A stretch of DNA of 63,986 nt, filler included, from Octopus bimaculoides (taxonomy: Eukaryota), in NCBI RefSeq assembly GCF_001194135.2. It is 7 parts of 7 records of this genome, joined end to end, with 100 filler letters (N's around TTAATTAATTAA, not from the genome) between each part and the next. Parts side by side here need not be neighbours in the genome. Positions count along the whole stretch, not along the records: positions 21,781 to 53,185 come from NC_068982.1; 6 more parts are not named here. One strand, given 5' to 3'. Below are positions 26,340 through 38,850 of the stretch, in pieces. The notes under the pieces are model-generated. The model was not told where the DNA came from, did not search any database, and saw only the letters and a program-made list of their open reading frames with translations. Positions within the stretch are counted from its first letter, which is position 1, and every line of letters begins with the position of its first letter. Position numbers and translations under genes: made by a program.

Positions 26340-27950
26340 TTTAGAATGAATTAGGAAAGATTTACACAAATTCTTCTCCTACCCCAACCTATCCATTACT
26401 TTTGAGAATTCCCATAAAACTGCAAATTTTTTAGACATTACTTTAAACTTAGAAACCTCCCAATACTCTCCATATCATAAACCCAACCAGTACCTTAAGC
26501 ACTTAAACATTAATTCCAATCACCACAAATCCACCTTTGATGATTTAGTTAAGGGTATTTCAATTCGTATATCTGACCACTCAACCACTGAAGAAATATT
26601 CAATAACCACACACCTTACTACAACCAAGTGCTTACTTCCAGCGGCTTCTCCCAATAAATAAAATACATCTCTAATACTAGGCTCAAGCAATGTATATCT
26701 CAAGTCATATGATCATGATATGCTAACCATCATAATCATAACAGACCACACGTGCACCATACTAGAAATCCAAGTGAACACAGATTAAGACAGCTTAGAC
26801 CCCACATGTACACATATAACACTAGGTCAAAAGCTAAAACAGCTAATAATAACGGGCTATATAACCCCACTCCAATTTCTAAAAATACAGGTCATACTAC
26901 CCACAAGCAACCAAAAAAAGCAGTGGATGCTCTATTCTATGATATACACCTCCCTTCTCATTGAATGTTAAGAACTTAGCCAAATCCTTTTTTAATATAT
27001 TAGACTCCAACTTCCCTCGTCAACATAAATATAACTCTATCTTTAAATGATCTACTTTAAAAGTAGCCCACTCTTCCCCGCCCAACTTTGAGTCTATTGT
27101 AACAGCTTCTAATAGACAAAAACTTTCTCTATTATCAAAATATACACCAAAACAACTCTGAATACATGAGCGCCCAACACATACATAGCTCCAACATCAA
27201 ACCCAATACTTTACACCATAACGAAAACCCAACCAATCCTACTAACACGATCCAGAATACTAGTACCATAGAGAGGATAAAAAATAACAACGAAAGAAAT
27301 AATAATAATAACAACAATAATAATAATGTTAATAACATAGACCAATCTACCCCCATCGCTAACCTCTTCCAAGACGTTATTACTTCCTCCATTCCTGAGA
27401 ATAATCCCGACAATGCACTACCACATAACTGATGCTCTGGGACCATTTGCCCTCTACAAACCCGTTGCAGGTCTAACATAATTTACAAATGCACTGTCCT
27501 CAACACTCTACACAATTCTACAACCACATATTTTGGGTCAACTATACATTTTAAACAGAGATACACTGCACATCTCAATTCTTTTAGATGTGAGATGTAA
27601 ATCCACAACCTTCGCCAGTCACAAACATCATCTTAAAAATAGGAATATTCCATATCACTTATCATAGTCCATAAGAGAGATTCAGGGCTTCCATACCAGG
27701 GTCAACGCTCAGTCTGTAAGCTATGCCTAAAAGAGGTATTCCACATATTAAAACATAACTCTTCAATACTACTAAATGAGTATAATGAGGCCCTAGGAAC
27801 ATGTAACCACCACTTTTTTCATACCTTCAAATTTTACCACAGATCTAAATGCAACCTAAATAACTACACAGTACATATACTCAGCAAACTCCAGCAATCT
27901 TATTTGACTTTCCAATTTTTAATTTTTAATTTTTTAATAATATATTAATA
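26340..27950 (+). mobile_element. Decayed Penelope-like element (RT thumb plus GIY-YIG)
   Basis: Remnants NFLDITLNLET..YxPYHKPN, SGFS, SNIIYKCTV and GSTIHFKQRYTAHLNSFR. Confidence 0.8.
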
Positions 27951-28494
27951 ATGCTAAAACTCTAGGAATGTTTGTGTATAAATGAAATATCTCAGAAACA
28001 GTATATTCTATCTTAATTGTTTTTACATATTTATTTTCATACTTACCTTCAGCAGTGCAGTACAAATTTTTGTGACATTTGGACCTCTATTAAACACAAC
28101 TTTTTTTGAGAGAAACACAACTTTTTAAAACACAATTAAACACAACTTTTGTTATTTCTTGATAAAAAAAACATAGCTGCCATGATGTCAACACACATAC
28201 AGAATACAAACATATAATGAATGTCATGAAGTGTCAATCAACACTAACACACGTCTGCTATCTGTGACATATACACACACATAGTCTTCATGCTCCCAAA
28301 GAATGTCGATGTTTGACACACAATATTTTAATCATTTAGAAATATTTTTAACTGAATGTGATTTCATCATCTGGAGTTTGTTAATTTCCATAAAACATTT
28401 TTATTTAAAGTGAAAGACAGGAGAAAGTGCAAGATGTATGTATGTGTATATGAAATGGATGTGTGTGTGTGTGTGAAAGAGAGAAGAGAGAGAA

Positions 28495-28541
<47 letters not shown>

Positions 28542-28684
28542 CGAGAGTGAGTAAAGGGTTGTGTTGTCATGTATACGTACATACAGCAATACATATGCAT
28601 ACATCTTTTCTGCATGTACGTGTGCATGTGTGTGTGAGAGTTAGTGAGTGAATGAATGTGTGTGTTCTCATGTATGTGTAAGTG

Positions 28685-28722
<38 letters not shown>

Positions 28723-29269
28723 GTGCGCACACACATCCATTTCATATACATGTTTATTCATCTTTCACTTTCTCCTCTTTTTCACTTTAAAACAAAATTA
28801 ACAAGTGATTTTCAGGATAAAAATTGTTAAAGAAAGCTTCTACATATGTAAAATTCGCACACAAAAGTTTTCAGAATTGCTGATATGTCCAGGGGAAAAA
28901 TGTTTCCAATTTAGTTGTATTTAGCATACTTATGATTAAATTTTACTAAATTTTCATTAAATTTAAGCTCTTATTTTTCTGTAAATCCTATTCTGACATC
29001 AAATGAGTCAACTTCCGGTATGAATGTTTACATTTTGTAACTCTCTAAGAAAAAAATAAAAATCAACTTTCTGACTCACACTGATATAGAGAATAGAGAA
29101 ATATCTTTTTTGCAGAGATTACTTAAAGTTTCATCATTTCAGATTTTATTCTATTTCATTAATTTAACATTTGTAATCTCTTTGTTGTTTTGATTTAATT
29201 TTATTAATACATTACATACAGAAATAAGCACTGATCAATTATGCCATGTGGAAAGAATCGGGGGATCAT

Positions 29270-29676
29270 CATAGTCAAGAGATGATGCCAAAAGGTGTTG
29301 GAAAGAAGCAAGGGCAAGGAGACAACAGGAAACGGCTGAGATGACAGCAAAACGACTGCAGGATAACAGAGTCATGCAACAAAGAAGGAGGCAAGGAGAG
29401 ACTGAGGAAGATAGAAATGCATGTATCCAGGATGTGAGACAAAGAACAAATAGCAGAAGACTTGCAGAAATGCCTGAGACGAGGGCTGCACGACTCTTAA
29501 ACAACAGGGTAAAGAAAGAAGGACAGAGGAAGCAATGGAAGGAAATGGATCCACTCTTTCTGCTATTAAGGTAGGTTAGATATATATACATGCGTAAGTA
29601 CCATGAATTCCCGTTCTACAAACTGGCAAACAATTCTGTGAATACTTTACTGGGCAATGCTGGGTAGTAAGTCTAG
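29270..29676 (+). mobile_element. Helitron remnant: three 23-aa STPR repeats and a 3' terminus (5' end not defined)
   Basis: Repeats ETAEMTAKRLQDNRVMQQRRRQG / ETEEDRNACIQDVRQRTNSRRLA / EMPETRAARLLNNRVKKEGQRKQ (29329-29535). The CpG-decayed hairpin actgggcaatgctgggta is followed by CTAG|T at 29673-29677. Confidence 0.65.
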
Positions 29677-29684
29677 TATATATG

Positions 29685-31260
29685 TAGAGGTGGGCACCAT
29701 TAATCGAAAAGTAAACTTTGTTAACCGGTTAATTCTTTGAAAATGTAACAGAAGCTAATGTTAATCCATTAACGTTAACTTTTATTCAAAAAAGGAATAA
29801 CTACAGTTTAATACCCCACTAAATTTGTTGCCTCATAAGTTCCAGAAAAATGGATACTTTTTAACAAAACTTTCACCAAATAATCACTTATATCCTGCAA
29901 ATTGAGTGTATGTAAAGATTTATTGGAAAAATTTTCCGAGGGGTTGGGGAGAGGAGTTTCGGAAAATTCACAGAACCCAACATTTTCTCCCTCATTACTT
30001 TCTGGAAAATAGGTATTTTTTAATGAAATCTTATACAAATACCTTTCAAAGAGTATAGATTATGATTACAAAGAAATTTGTAGGCAAACTTTTTGGAAGG
30101 GGGCGTGTGGGAGGTGTTTCTGGAAAACGGAGTTTCTCATCAGACAGCCCACATAAGTTGGAATTTCTCTGTTTTGACAGGGATTCTTTCCAATGTTTTT
30201 CACCAAAATCTTCAGAATGATGGAAGGCATCTTTTCACAAAAAAAAAAAAAGAAAAAAAAACCTTTGAAAAATTTTTTTTTCACCCCCTTACCACCCCAG
30301 TCTGAAATGATTTTGGCCATTTTTTTTTCTGCTACGCACTTAAAACCCATGAGAGAAACGTTTTTGGTTTTTAAAAAATTGTTAATGATTTCAGAGGAAA
30401 ATATGTGATTTAAGGGAGATCTGGCTGTTGGTTCTAGCACATCCCAAAACCTCCCTCCTATTTTCTTTCTTACTCACACATCTATCGATATTTTTCAATA
30501 TTTTTCTCCCTATAAACAAATTTTATGGAATGATGATGTCAAAGTAACACACATGTAGTCCCAACCAAGTGAGGCTATGTTATGTGTGTGTGTAAGAAAA
30601 AAAAGACACCTAAAAACATCTTTAGTGTTCATATTAATCTGTCAAGGGTTATTTGTTCACATTATTTTGAATTATTCAAGTTCAGGGGGTGTCCACAATA
30701 TTTGCTTGTAACTTTGTAAATTTTTTTACATACAGATTTGAAATTTTGTCAGTGGGTGCTTTATATACTACTGGTGTTATAGTGACACAGGCAGTTTCAA
30801 CCTCAATGATATCAACAGATTGAAGTTTCTGAGATGCCATCACCTAAAATCTTAAACAATATAAATATTTGAAACTATTACAAAACATGTATCTAATTAA
30901 CAAATCGGATATTACATTATTGAAAATATAATTTGGTTATGCAAATGCTAGAATATCAAAGGAATGTACGCAATGTTTAATATATTATAATAATAAGTGA
31001 CATTATATCGGGGTTGAAAGAATGACACGTACAATATTAAATATGCTAAGAAAATATGAAAGCAATAGAAAGTTTTAAACATTTACCGGTTTTTATGAAA
31101 TTTTTGGGTTAACGGACTCAAGTTAATGGAAGCTAAATGTAATGGAAGTTAATTAGTCTGATAATGATTTCCAAAGTTAACTTAAAAGTTAAATCATTAA
31201 TGAAAATATTAACTTCATTAATTAACGATTAATGGATTAATGGACTTACGCCCAGCTCTG
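29685..31260 (+). mobile_element. Non-autonomous hAT DNA transposon
   Basis: Imperfect TIRs tagaggtgggca / cgcccagctctg, an 8-bp TSD tatatatg / tatgtatg (7/8), subterminal ttaacg/attaatcg motifs, and a dimerisation-domain-like remnant SDTGSFNLNDINRLKFLRCH near 30780-30845. Confidence 0.72.
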
Positions 31261-31379
31261 TATGTATGTATATACATGTATGCGTATGTGTATGGATACA
31301 TATGTATACGTATATGTGCAAGTATGCGGTCCTATATAGTACTGCATATACACATTTATATGTATGCATGTGTGCTCCA

Positions 31380-32670
31380 TCATCATCATCATCGTCATTT
31401 AATGTTCGCTTTCCATGCTAGCATGGGTNNNNNNNNNNGGCACTGGCAATGACCTCACTCGAATGTTTTCTAACGTACCACTGGCACATGTGTGAGTAAG
31501 GCGACACTGGTAACGATCACGCACAAATGGTGCTATTTGTGTGCCACTGGCATGGGAGCCAGACAGCTGCTCTGGCAATGATCGTGCTTGGACGGTGCTG
31601 TTAGTGCTCCACTGGCACAGGTGCCAGTCATCGAATATGGTTCAATTACGATTTCGCTTTCACTTGCCCCAACAGGTCTTTGCAAGCAGAGTTTAGTGTC
31701 CAATGAAGGAGAGGTTGGCATGGGTGCCAGTCGTCGAATTTGGTTCGATTTCGATTTCAAATTCACTTGCCTCAACAGGTCTTCGCAAGCAGAGTTTAGT
31801 GTCCAATGAAATAAAGATACGAATAAGTGAGCTGGCTACACTTCTGGCAGAGGCCACGGATTATGGNNNNNNNNNNNNNNNNNNNNNNNNNNNNNNNNNN
31901 NNNNNNNNNNNNNNNNNNNNNNNNNNNNNNNNNNNNNNNNNNNNNNNNNNNNNNNNNNNNNNNNNNNNNNNNNNNNNNNNNNNNNNNNNNNNNNNNNNNN
32001 NNNNNNNNNNNNNNNNNNNNNNNNNNNNNNNNNNNNNNNNNNNNNNNNNNNNNNNNNNNNNNNNNNNNNNNNNNNNNNNNNNNNNNNNNNNNNNNNNNNN
32101 NNNNNNNNNNNNNNNNNNNNNNNNNNNNNNNNNNNNNNNNNNNNNNNNNNNNNNNNNNNNNNNNNNNNNNNNNNNNNNNNNNNNNNNNNNNNNNNNNNNN
32201 NNNNNNNNNNNNNNNNNNNNNNNNNNNNNNNNNNNNNNNNNNNNNNNNNNNNNNNNNNNNNNNNNNNNNNNNNNTCTTGCATACCACAACTGATGTTTCT
32301 TAAGTCCAACTTTTCTCTCAAGGTACTTACACTCTGTCGAGTATGCACACTTACATTACACATCCATCGGAGCATACTGGCTTTGTTTCTTGCAAGCTTA
32401 CGCATGTCCTCAGCAGTCACGGCCCATGTTTCACTGCCATGTAGCATGGCTGTTCATACACATGCATCATACAGTTTGCCTTTTACTCTGAGCGAGAGGC
32501 CCTTTGTCACCAGCAGAGGTAAGAGCTCTCTGAACTTTGCCCTGGCTATTCTTATTCTAGCAGCTACACTTTCAGCGCACCCTCCCCCACTACTAACTTG
32601 GTCACCCAGATAGTGGAAGCTACCACCTACTTCTAGTTTTTCTCCCTGTAATGTGGCAAAGGTTGTTTCT
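31380..32670 (-). mobile_element. RTE LINE 3' part (gapped)
   Basis: Reads GEKLEVGGSFHYLGDQVSSGGGCAESVAARIRIARAKFRELLPLL and MLHGSETWAVTAEDMRKL. 3' UTR and (CAT)n tail near 31380. Confidence 0.9.
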
Positions 32671-32679
32671 ATATACATA

Positions 32680-33500
32680 TTTTTCTTCTTACTGATTTAT
32701 CAGTCCCCACTATCACTTTAGCTAGTACAATCTCTGACCTCATATAAATGCCTACATCTATTTTTGGAAACTTGACCATTATATTTTCTTATTTTTCCCT
32801 TTCTTTTTGAGGTTTACTACTCACTTTTAGTACTCCCTTCCATACCACATTCTTTATCTATTCCTTCACTTTAATGCCTTTTAAACATATCACCCCACCT
32901 CCCACTTCTCACACATATTCCTTCCTTACATTCTTATTTCTTCCTTCTATCCCTCCTCTCATTCCTTTTATCTGCTGATAGCTCTCTTCTCCCCACCCTC
33001 TCACAATATCCTGACCACCATCTAGTACTCCTTTTTCATTTTCTCTTCCTCTTTCCTCCCCCAATCCTTTAGACCAATACCATTTTTTCCCCTCCTAACA
33101 TACTTATCTATTCTATTCTCAAAATTTCATTTACACTACAAGATCCCTTTGAATGAACACCACATGGAATTAACACCGGCCCACTATCCATTTGTAATAA
33201 TAAAATATGAACTCCTATCAGAACTTACATACCATGGACAAGAACCCTTTTTACCCATTCTACACAACACATTTCTTGGATAATTGAACTGCAAGTTTAA
33301 CATCCAACATATATTTTTATTTTCTTATATTTCCCTTTATATTTCCTATATCTCTCCCTTTCCAAAATTACTTCTTTCTCATATTGTCCCTGATGATGGG
33401 ATATCTTTTATATCTCTGAAACAGCTGTAAGACTACCTTTCTCTTTATAAAATGTGATAGAAATTTCACACTGCCTTGGTTTTGTTGTCTCAGTTTATTC
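32680..33500 (+). mobile_element. Probable Penelope-like 3' repeat region
   Basis: Segment 32680-32870 is homologous to 14230-14400. The region carries a PLE-type hammerhead motif near its end. Confidence 0.5.
33385..33433 (+). ncRNA. Minimal type I hammerhead ribozyme motif (decayed)
   Basis: gtcc-CTGATGA-t-gggatat(ctttt)atatctc-t-GAAA-cagct-GTA-agac. Both core boxes, stem II, a palindromic stem III (ACAGCTGT) and a GUA cleavage triplet are present. Confidence 0.65.
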
Positions 33501-33636
33501 AACATATACATGCTCACACACAACCCATGTTAGACTCCTCACTCATTTTATTATTGAACCAAGAGTCTAACAGCAGTCCTTTTGTAGCACTTACATAGCC
33601 TTACCTGCCTTCTGGATCTTCTAGATACCAAAATCG

Positions 33637-33674
<38 letters not shown>

Positions 33675-34619
33675 AATTTAAGGATTGGAGAAAACGCATA
33701 GGAGCTAACCATAGTTATTTTGTGTTCTTTGCTACATTGGTTTCTATTAACCCATTTATTCTATCAGAAGAATTTTTATTTATTAAGATAGAAGAAATAC
33801 ACATAATTATATATATATATATATATATATANNNNNNNNNNGGGTTTACGTGAAATATTTTGTATAATATATATAAATAAATAAATGGAGTTAAATGCAG
33901 ATGTTATTCAAATTCTTTTACTTCGGACACATGTTTCGAAGATATCACTGTTATTATTCCAAAGGAATAAAATGGTGTAAAACAATGTAATCTCTTCAGG
34001 GAAATGAAGAAATAAAATTCGCCAATAAGACATTTTAACAGAATATGATGGATATGTATAGTGATGAACTGAACGCTATTAAGTTTTTTTTTTAAAAAAA
34101 ACGTTAGAGGATATAACATCAAAGATAGCCTATAGAAAGAGGAGGAGTAAAGGAAAGAAAAAAATCAAAAATCAAATAAATGAGAAGTATATAATGTTAT
34201 GTAAATTAAATAAAACCCTAAAGTCTTGGAACAAGATATATCTAGTGGAAGTGAAATGAAAGAAGAAAATCACTGTTTAAATTATATCACTTATATAAAC
34301 TAAAGGTGTGTTTCTGCCAATATTTACATCAGTAAGCACGCTCTATAACCGTGTTTACAAGGGGATTTTGTGAAAAAAAGAATAAAAAATACTTCACAAT
34401 TACAGAGAAGGCAGAATTTCTTGTTTTTATCATAAGGGAACGAAATGGAGAGAATCAACCAATCTAAACTAAATTGTTTATTATGGTCTTTTAGATATCA
34501 AATTAATTTACTAAGCCCTGTACTGTTACGTTTATTCCTATCTCTAAATGTAGAGTAATGATTAGAAATTCTTCAGTACTAAGTGATAGAAGCTGCTGTA
34601 ATGTAGAATTAGTCAACCC

Positions 34620-35900
34620 ATGTTAGCAGAGAACTATGTTCATAAACCTGATGATGATGATACAGTGATGTAAAAATTTATATAGCAATAACAAAGATGA
34701 AAATGGTTTAGTATGGAGGAAAGGGATTATGTTCAAGGTTTTCACAGACGCTTCAAGACTGGTGAAAGTGAGGGACACAATGGGTGAAAAGGGGAGAAGA
34801 TACAAGTGGGGTAAGTAGAACAAAAGAGAGGTCATAATAAGGGAGGCAGAGTGTCTATGGGCTGGCAGGGTTTGGAATATGTTGGTGAGTGAACAGCTTC
34901 ATATCAATTAGTTGAATAGCTATTCTTTGGAATTCAATCAAAGATGTCAATATATGATGTAGCAACAGTCAGTAAATGGTCCTGAACTTTTCTGGTCCTG
35001 CACAAAAAAGACAATGTTTGTAAGAGAAGTTGTTTAATGTATGAAGTGACTATGTCTTTCTGATGCTGAAGAAAACAAGATAGACATGACGCTGTTATAA
35101 AAAAGTCAGTGAGATCTCTGTTCATGGAATTAAGGATGGTATGAAATGTTTAGGTTGCATATGGGAAAGTTAGGGAGGAATGAATGACAATATTATTGCT
35201 ATTATTGGAAATGATGACAAGCAGGTTATTGATGTATGGGAGGAAATGTATTAGAAACATAAGTGAACCTTGGGGCAGACCAAAGATGATAGACTGTGTG
35301 CAACAGAGAACTTCATTAGTACATATTGTGATAAAGTAATCCACAAAAAGTCACTGATTTTAGAGATGAAAGATAGGTGGAACCCACAGGTAGACAGTTT
35401 TCACAAGATTTCTGTGTTTTTATCAAAAATTTTGTTGAAGTCAAGCATAACAACGTTGATTTCACTAAATTTCCTGGGGGGTAGCAGTCTACTTGTAAAT
35501 GACAAAGAGGGGCAAGCCCCCTGTAAATCTGGTTTTATGGAAGCCATACTGGGAATGGAGAATGTAATGGCTGGTTCCTTTACTGATCAGATATTGAATC
35601 TGAAGGTGATTGATTAAAAATTAGAGGGTTTACCTCTTTTGAGAATAGCACTGTAGTGTATAGCCAAAGATTAGGATAGATTTTTGTGAAGGGGGAGTTT
35701 AATAAGGAGAGGGCTGTTATTGCTAGCATGTTGTGTGGCCATTTAGAGGGGGAGTGACTAGGTGCTACTTTTAGTCTGCCTGAACATATTAAGAACGAAT
35801 CCATGTCATTGTGTTTTCATTCTATTTCTTTGGATCTAAGTTTGTAGGATGCTGACAGGGGAAATCTGGGAGCGATAACAGATATCTGAGAATAAGGTTA
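34620..35900 (-). mobile_element. Highly decayed non-LTR RT (CR1/L2/Jockey-like)
   Basis: Reads GLPQGSLMFLIHFLPYINNL, resembling the GVPQGSxLGPxLFxxYINDL motif. Confidence 0.6.
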
Positions 35901-36199
35901 TGTGTATCATTTCATGAGCTTTGGAAGAATAAGTTAAAATGAGCAGGTAAGTGAACCGATTCTTGTAGTACACCATTCAGAAAATTACAGATTCTAGATA
36001 TGTTGTCATTTAGCAACCTATCAAAAAGTTTGCTTGCCAGAGTTATGTATTTTTTTTAATATTTAGTTTAAAAGTGGTAAATGGAGAATGCTGTGAAAAT
36101 CTTTGTTGATAACAATGAAGGAAGGTAACTCCAAATTGGTCTTGTTGGGTGGGGTATAATTCTCTCAGTCAGGAAATTCAAAGAAGTAATGGCATTTAC

Positions 36200-36316
36200 C
36201 TTATTGATTATGCGGTTTGATAAAAGGGTCGGCCATGATTCTCGTTGGCGATGAAAATTCAAAGCAACAAGAGCATCAACACCAATGGAGAAGTAATTAT
36301 TCCAACACATATTTTT
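36200..36316 (-). CDS. DGKE: DGK epsilon accessory-domain exon (117 nt, phase 0-0)
   Basis: tatttcag|AAA...AATAAG|gtaaat. Reads KNMCWNNYFSIGVDALVALNFHRQRESWPTLLSNRIINK (NNYFSxG...ALxFH..RE...SR..NK motif). Confidence 0.93.
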
Positions 36317-36709
36317 CTGAAATAATAGAGAGAAAATTAAGTCAGACATAGAAGAATAGAAGACAGTGTGAATGGGTGGCTTAAATAATCTACATAAAGG
36401 TGGAAGTGATGGTGGGGGGAGCTCTTAGCAAAATGAATCTACAATGTTAGCTTTAATAAGTAATTTTACTTCAGAACAGATTGCAATTTTCTCCATTCAC
36501 AATACAAGCCCTACAAACAGCTCTTCCTCAGATTTTTCAATGCTATAAATATGTTTGTATAATCATGGATACCCGCTAACAACAGCAACAACAATTAAAA
36601 CTGATGTTGTTATTATTATTATTGTTACTATATCTACAACTACTCATTCAAGTAAAATGTTCAGAAGGTTTTCCTTGGTCAAACTTCAGTATTCAGACAG
36701 CAATCTGGT

Positions 36710-38850
36710 TTGGGCAGGCTTAAAATATCGGGTGGTGTGGGTTATGGTCTTGTCACCCGCATCGTAAATCAGGTAGGAATCATACCCAATGACTGGTGTA
36801 GCAGTACCATAGTCAACTGCTACAAAGGTAAAGGTGATGCTTTAGATAGAAATAACTACAGGAGTATCAACTTATTGGATCAGGTGATAAAAGTTACAGA
36901 GAGGGTCATAGCTCAACTAATTAGGGAGAGAGTCTGCCTAGATGAGATGCAGTTTGGTTTTGTGCTAGGCAGAAGCACCACTGATGCTATATTTCTGGTA
37001 AGGCAACTGCAGGAGAAATATCTAACCAAAGATAACCTCTCTACCTGGCTTTTGTTGACTTAGAGAAAGCCTTTGACAGGGTCCTCTTATCTCTTATCTG
37101 GTGGTCAATGCGGAAATGGGGATTGACGAGTGGTTGGTAAGAGCTGTACAAGCCTTGTACAGGGATACTGTCAGTAAGATGAGGGTTGGCAATGAGTATA
37201 GTGAAGAATTCCAGGTAGAAGTAGGGGTTCACCAAGGATCAGTCCTCACCTGCTTCTTATTCATCATAGTCCTCCAGGCAATAACAGATGAATTCAAGAC
37301 GGGCTGCCCCTGGGAGCTCCTCTATGCTGATGACCTTGCTCTAATAGCTGAGTCACTGTAGGCCTAGACTCAGAGTTTAGGGTGTGGAAGCAAGGTCTAG
37401 AATCGACAGGCCTTAGAGTTAACCTAGCAAAAATCAAAGTCTTAGTAAGTAGGAAGGCTGACAAATCACAAACTCGTTCAGGTAGATGGCCCTCCTCGTG
37501 GGTAGAAACTCCATACAATGTACCTGGTGTAAGCTACGGACACATAAAAGGTACAGCAATATCAAAGAAAAGTTAACCAGAAAGATAGTTTTTGTGTGTG
37601 GCAGATGCACAGGTGCAATAAACACTGAAGATGTACAGAAAACAGATTCCATCACATGCCAGGGGGAAAAACTAGAAGTAGTTGATAGCTTCCACTACCT
37701 AGGCGACCAAGTCTGTAATGGTGGGGGGTTGCTCTGAGAGCGTAGTGGCTAAAATAAAAATAGCCTGGGCAAAGTTCAAGGAGCTCCTACCTCTGCTGGC
37801 AACTAAAGGCCTATTGCTCAGGATGAAAGGCAGACTGTATGATGCATGTGTGCGAACTGCCATGCTACATGTCAGTGAAACATGGGCCATGACTGCTGAG
37901 GACATGCGTAGGCTTGAAAGAAATGAAGCTATCCACTGGATATGTAATGTAAGTGTGCATACGTGACAGAGTGTGAGTACCCTGAGAGAGAAGTTGGACA
38001 TAAGAAGCATTAAATGTGGTGTGCAAGAGAGACAACTGTGCTGGTATGGTCCTGTGTTACATATGGATAAGGACAGCTGTGTGAGGAAGTGCCACATCCT
38101 AACTGTGGAAGAAACCTGTGGAAGAGGTAGACCCAGGAAAACATGGGATGAGGTGGTGAAGCACGAACTTCAAACATTGGGCCTCACAGAGACAATGACA
38201 GGAGACTAATACCTTTAGGGATATGCTGTGATTGAGAAGATCGCAGCCATGGCTGATGCCAGTGTTGTATATCCGGTCCGTTTAAAAGTACCCTTGATGC
38301 GTTGGGTGATATGATATGCTTCAGAAAACCTGTTGAGTCGAGTAAAACCAAAATCATAGCTGTGGCTAGTACCCCCTGACTGGCTTCCATGCCAGTGGCA
38401 TGTAAAAAGTACCATCCGAACATGGCCAATGCTAGGTCCGCCTGACTGGCTCCTGTGCCAGTGGCACATAAAAGGCACCATCTGAATGTGGCCGATGCCA
38501 GTGGCCCCTGACTGGCTCCCATGTTGGTGGCACATAAAAAGCACTATCCAAACATGATTGATGCCAGGACCGTCTGACTGGCTCTTGTGCCGGTGGCATG
38601 TAAAAAGCACCATCTGAACGTGGCCATTGCCCCCTGACTGGCTCTCATGCCAGTGCCATGTAAAAAGCACTATCTGAACATGATCAATGCCACTACATTC
38701 AGAGTAGTTGGTGTTAGGAAGGGCATCCAGTTGTAGAAACATTGCTAAATCAGATTGGAGCCTGGTGCAACCACTGGCTTTCCTAACCTCAGTCAAACTG
38801 TCCAACCCATGCCAGCATGGAAAACGGACATTAAACGATGATGAGGATGA
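36710..38850 (+). mobile_element. 5'-truncated RTE LINE (RT plus 3' UTR with tandem array)
   Basis: Fragments IIPNDWCSSTIVNCYKGKGD, VGVHQGSVL, PWELLYADDLALIAES and GRGRPRKTWDEVVKH, followed by a (GAT)n tail. Confidence 0.92.
38360..38695 (+). repeat. 66-bp tandem array inside the RTE 3' UTR (about 5 units)
   Basis: The anchor ctgactggct occurs at 38376, 38442, 38508, 38574 and 38634 (spacing 66, 66, 66, 60). Confidence 0.9.

Noticed and set aside
28047-30843. Two phase-complementary cryptic exons in a DGKE intron (30734-30843 phase 0-2 and 28047-28086 phase 2-0) that would add 50 aa in frame
   Set aside because: The first lies antisense within the hAT transposase remnant, the second has a poor polypyrimidine tract, and the insertion would split the conserved accessory domain.
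38360-38695. Regularly spaced repeats resembling a CRISPR array
   Set aside because: The whole unit is repeated with no unique spacers, there are no cas genes, and it lies inside a eukaryotic LINE UTR.
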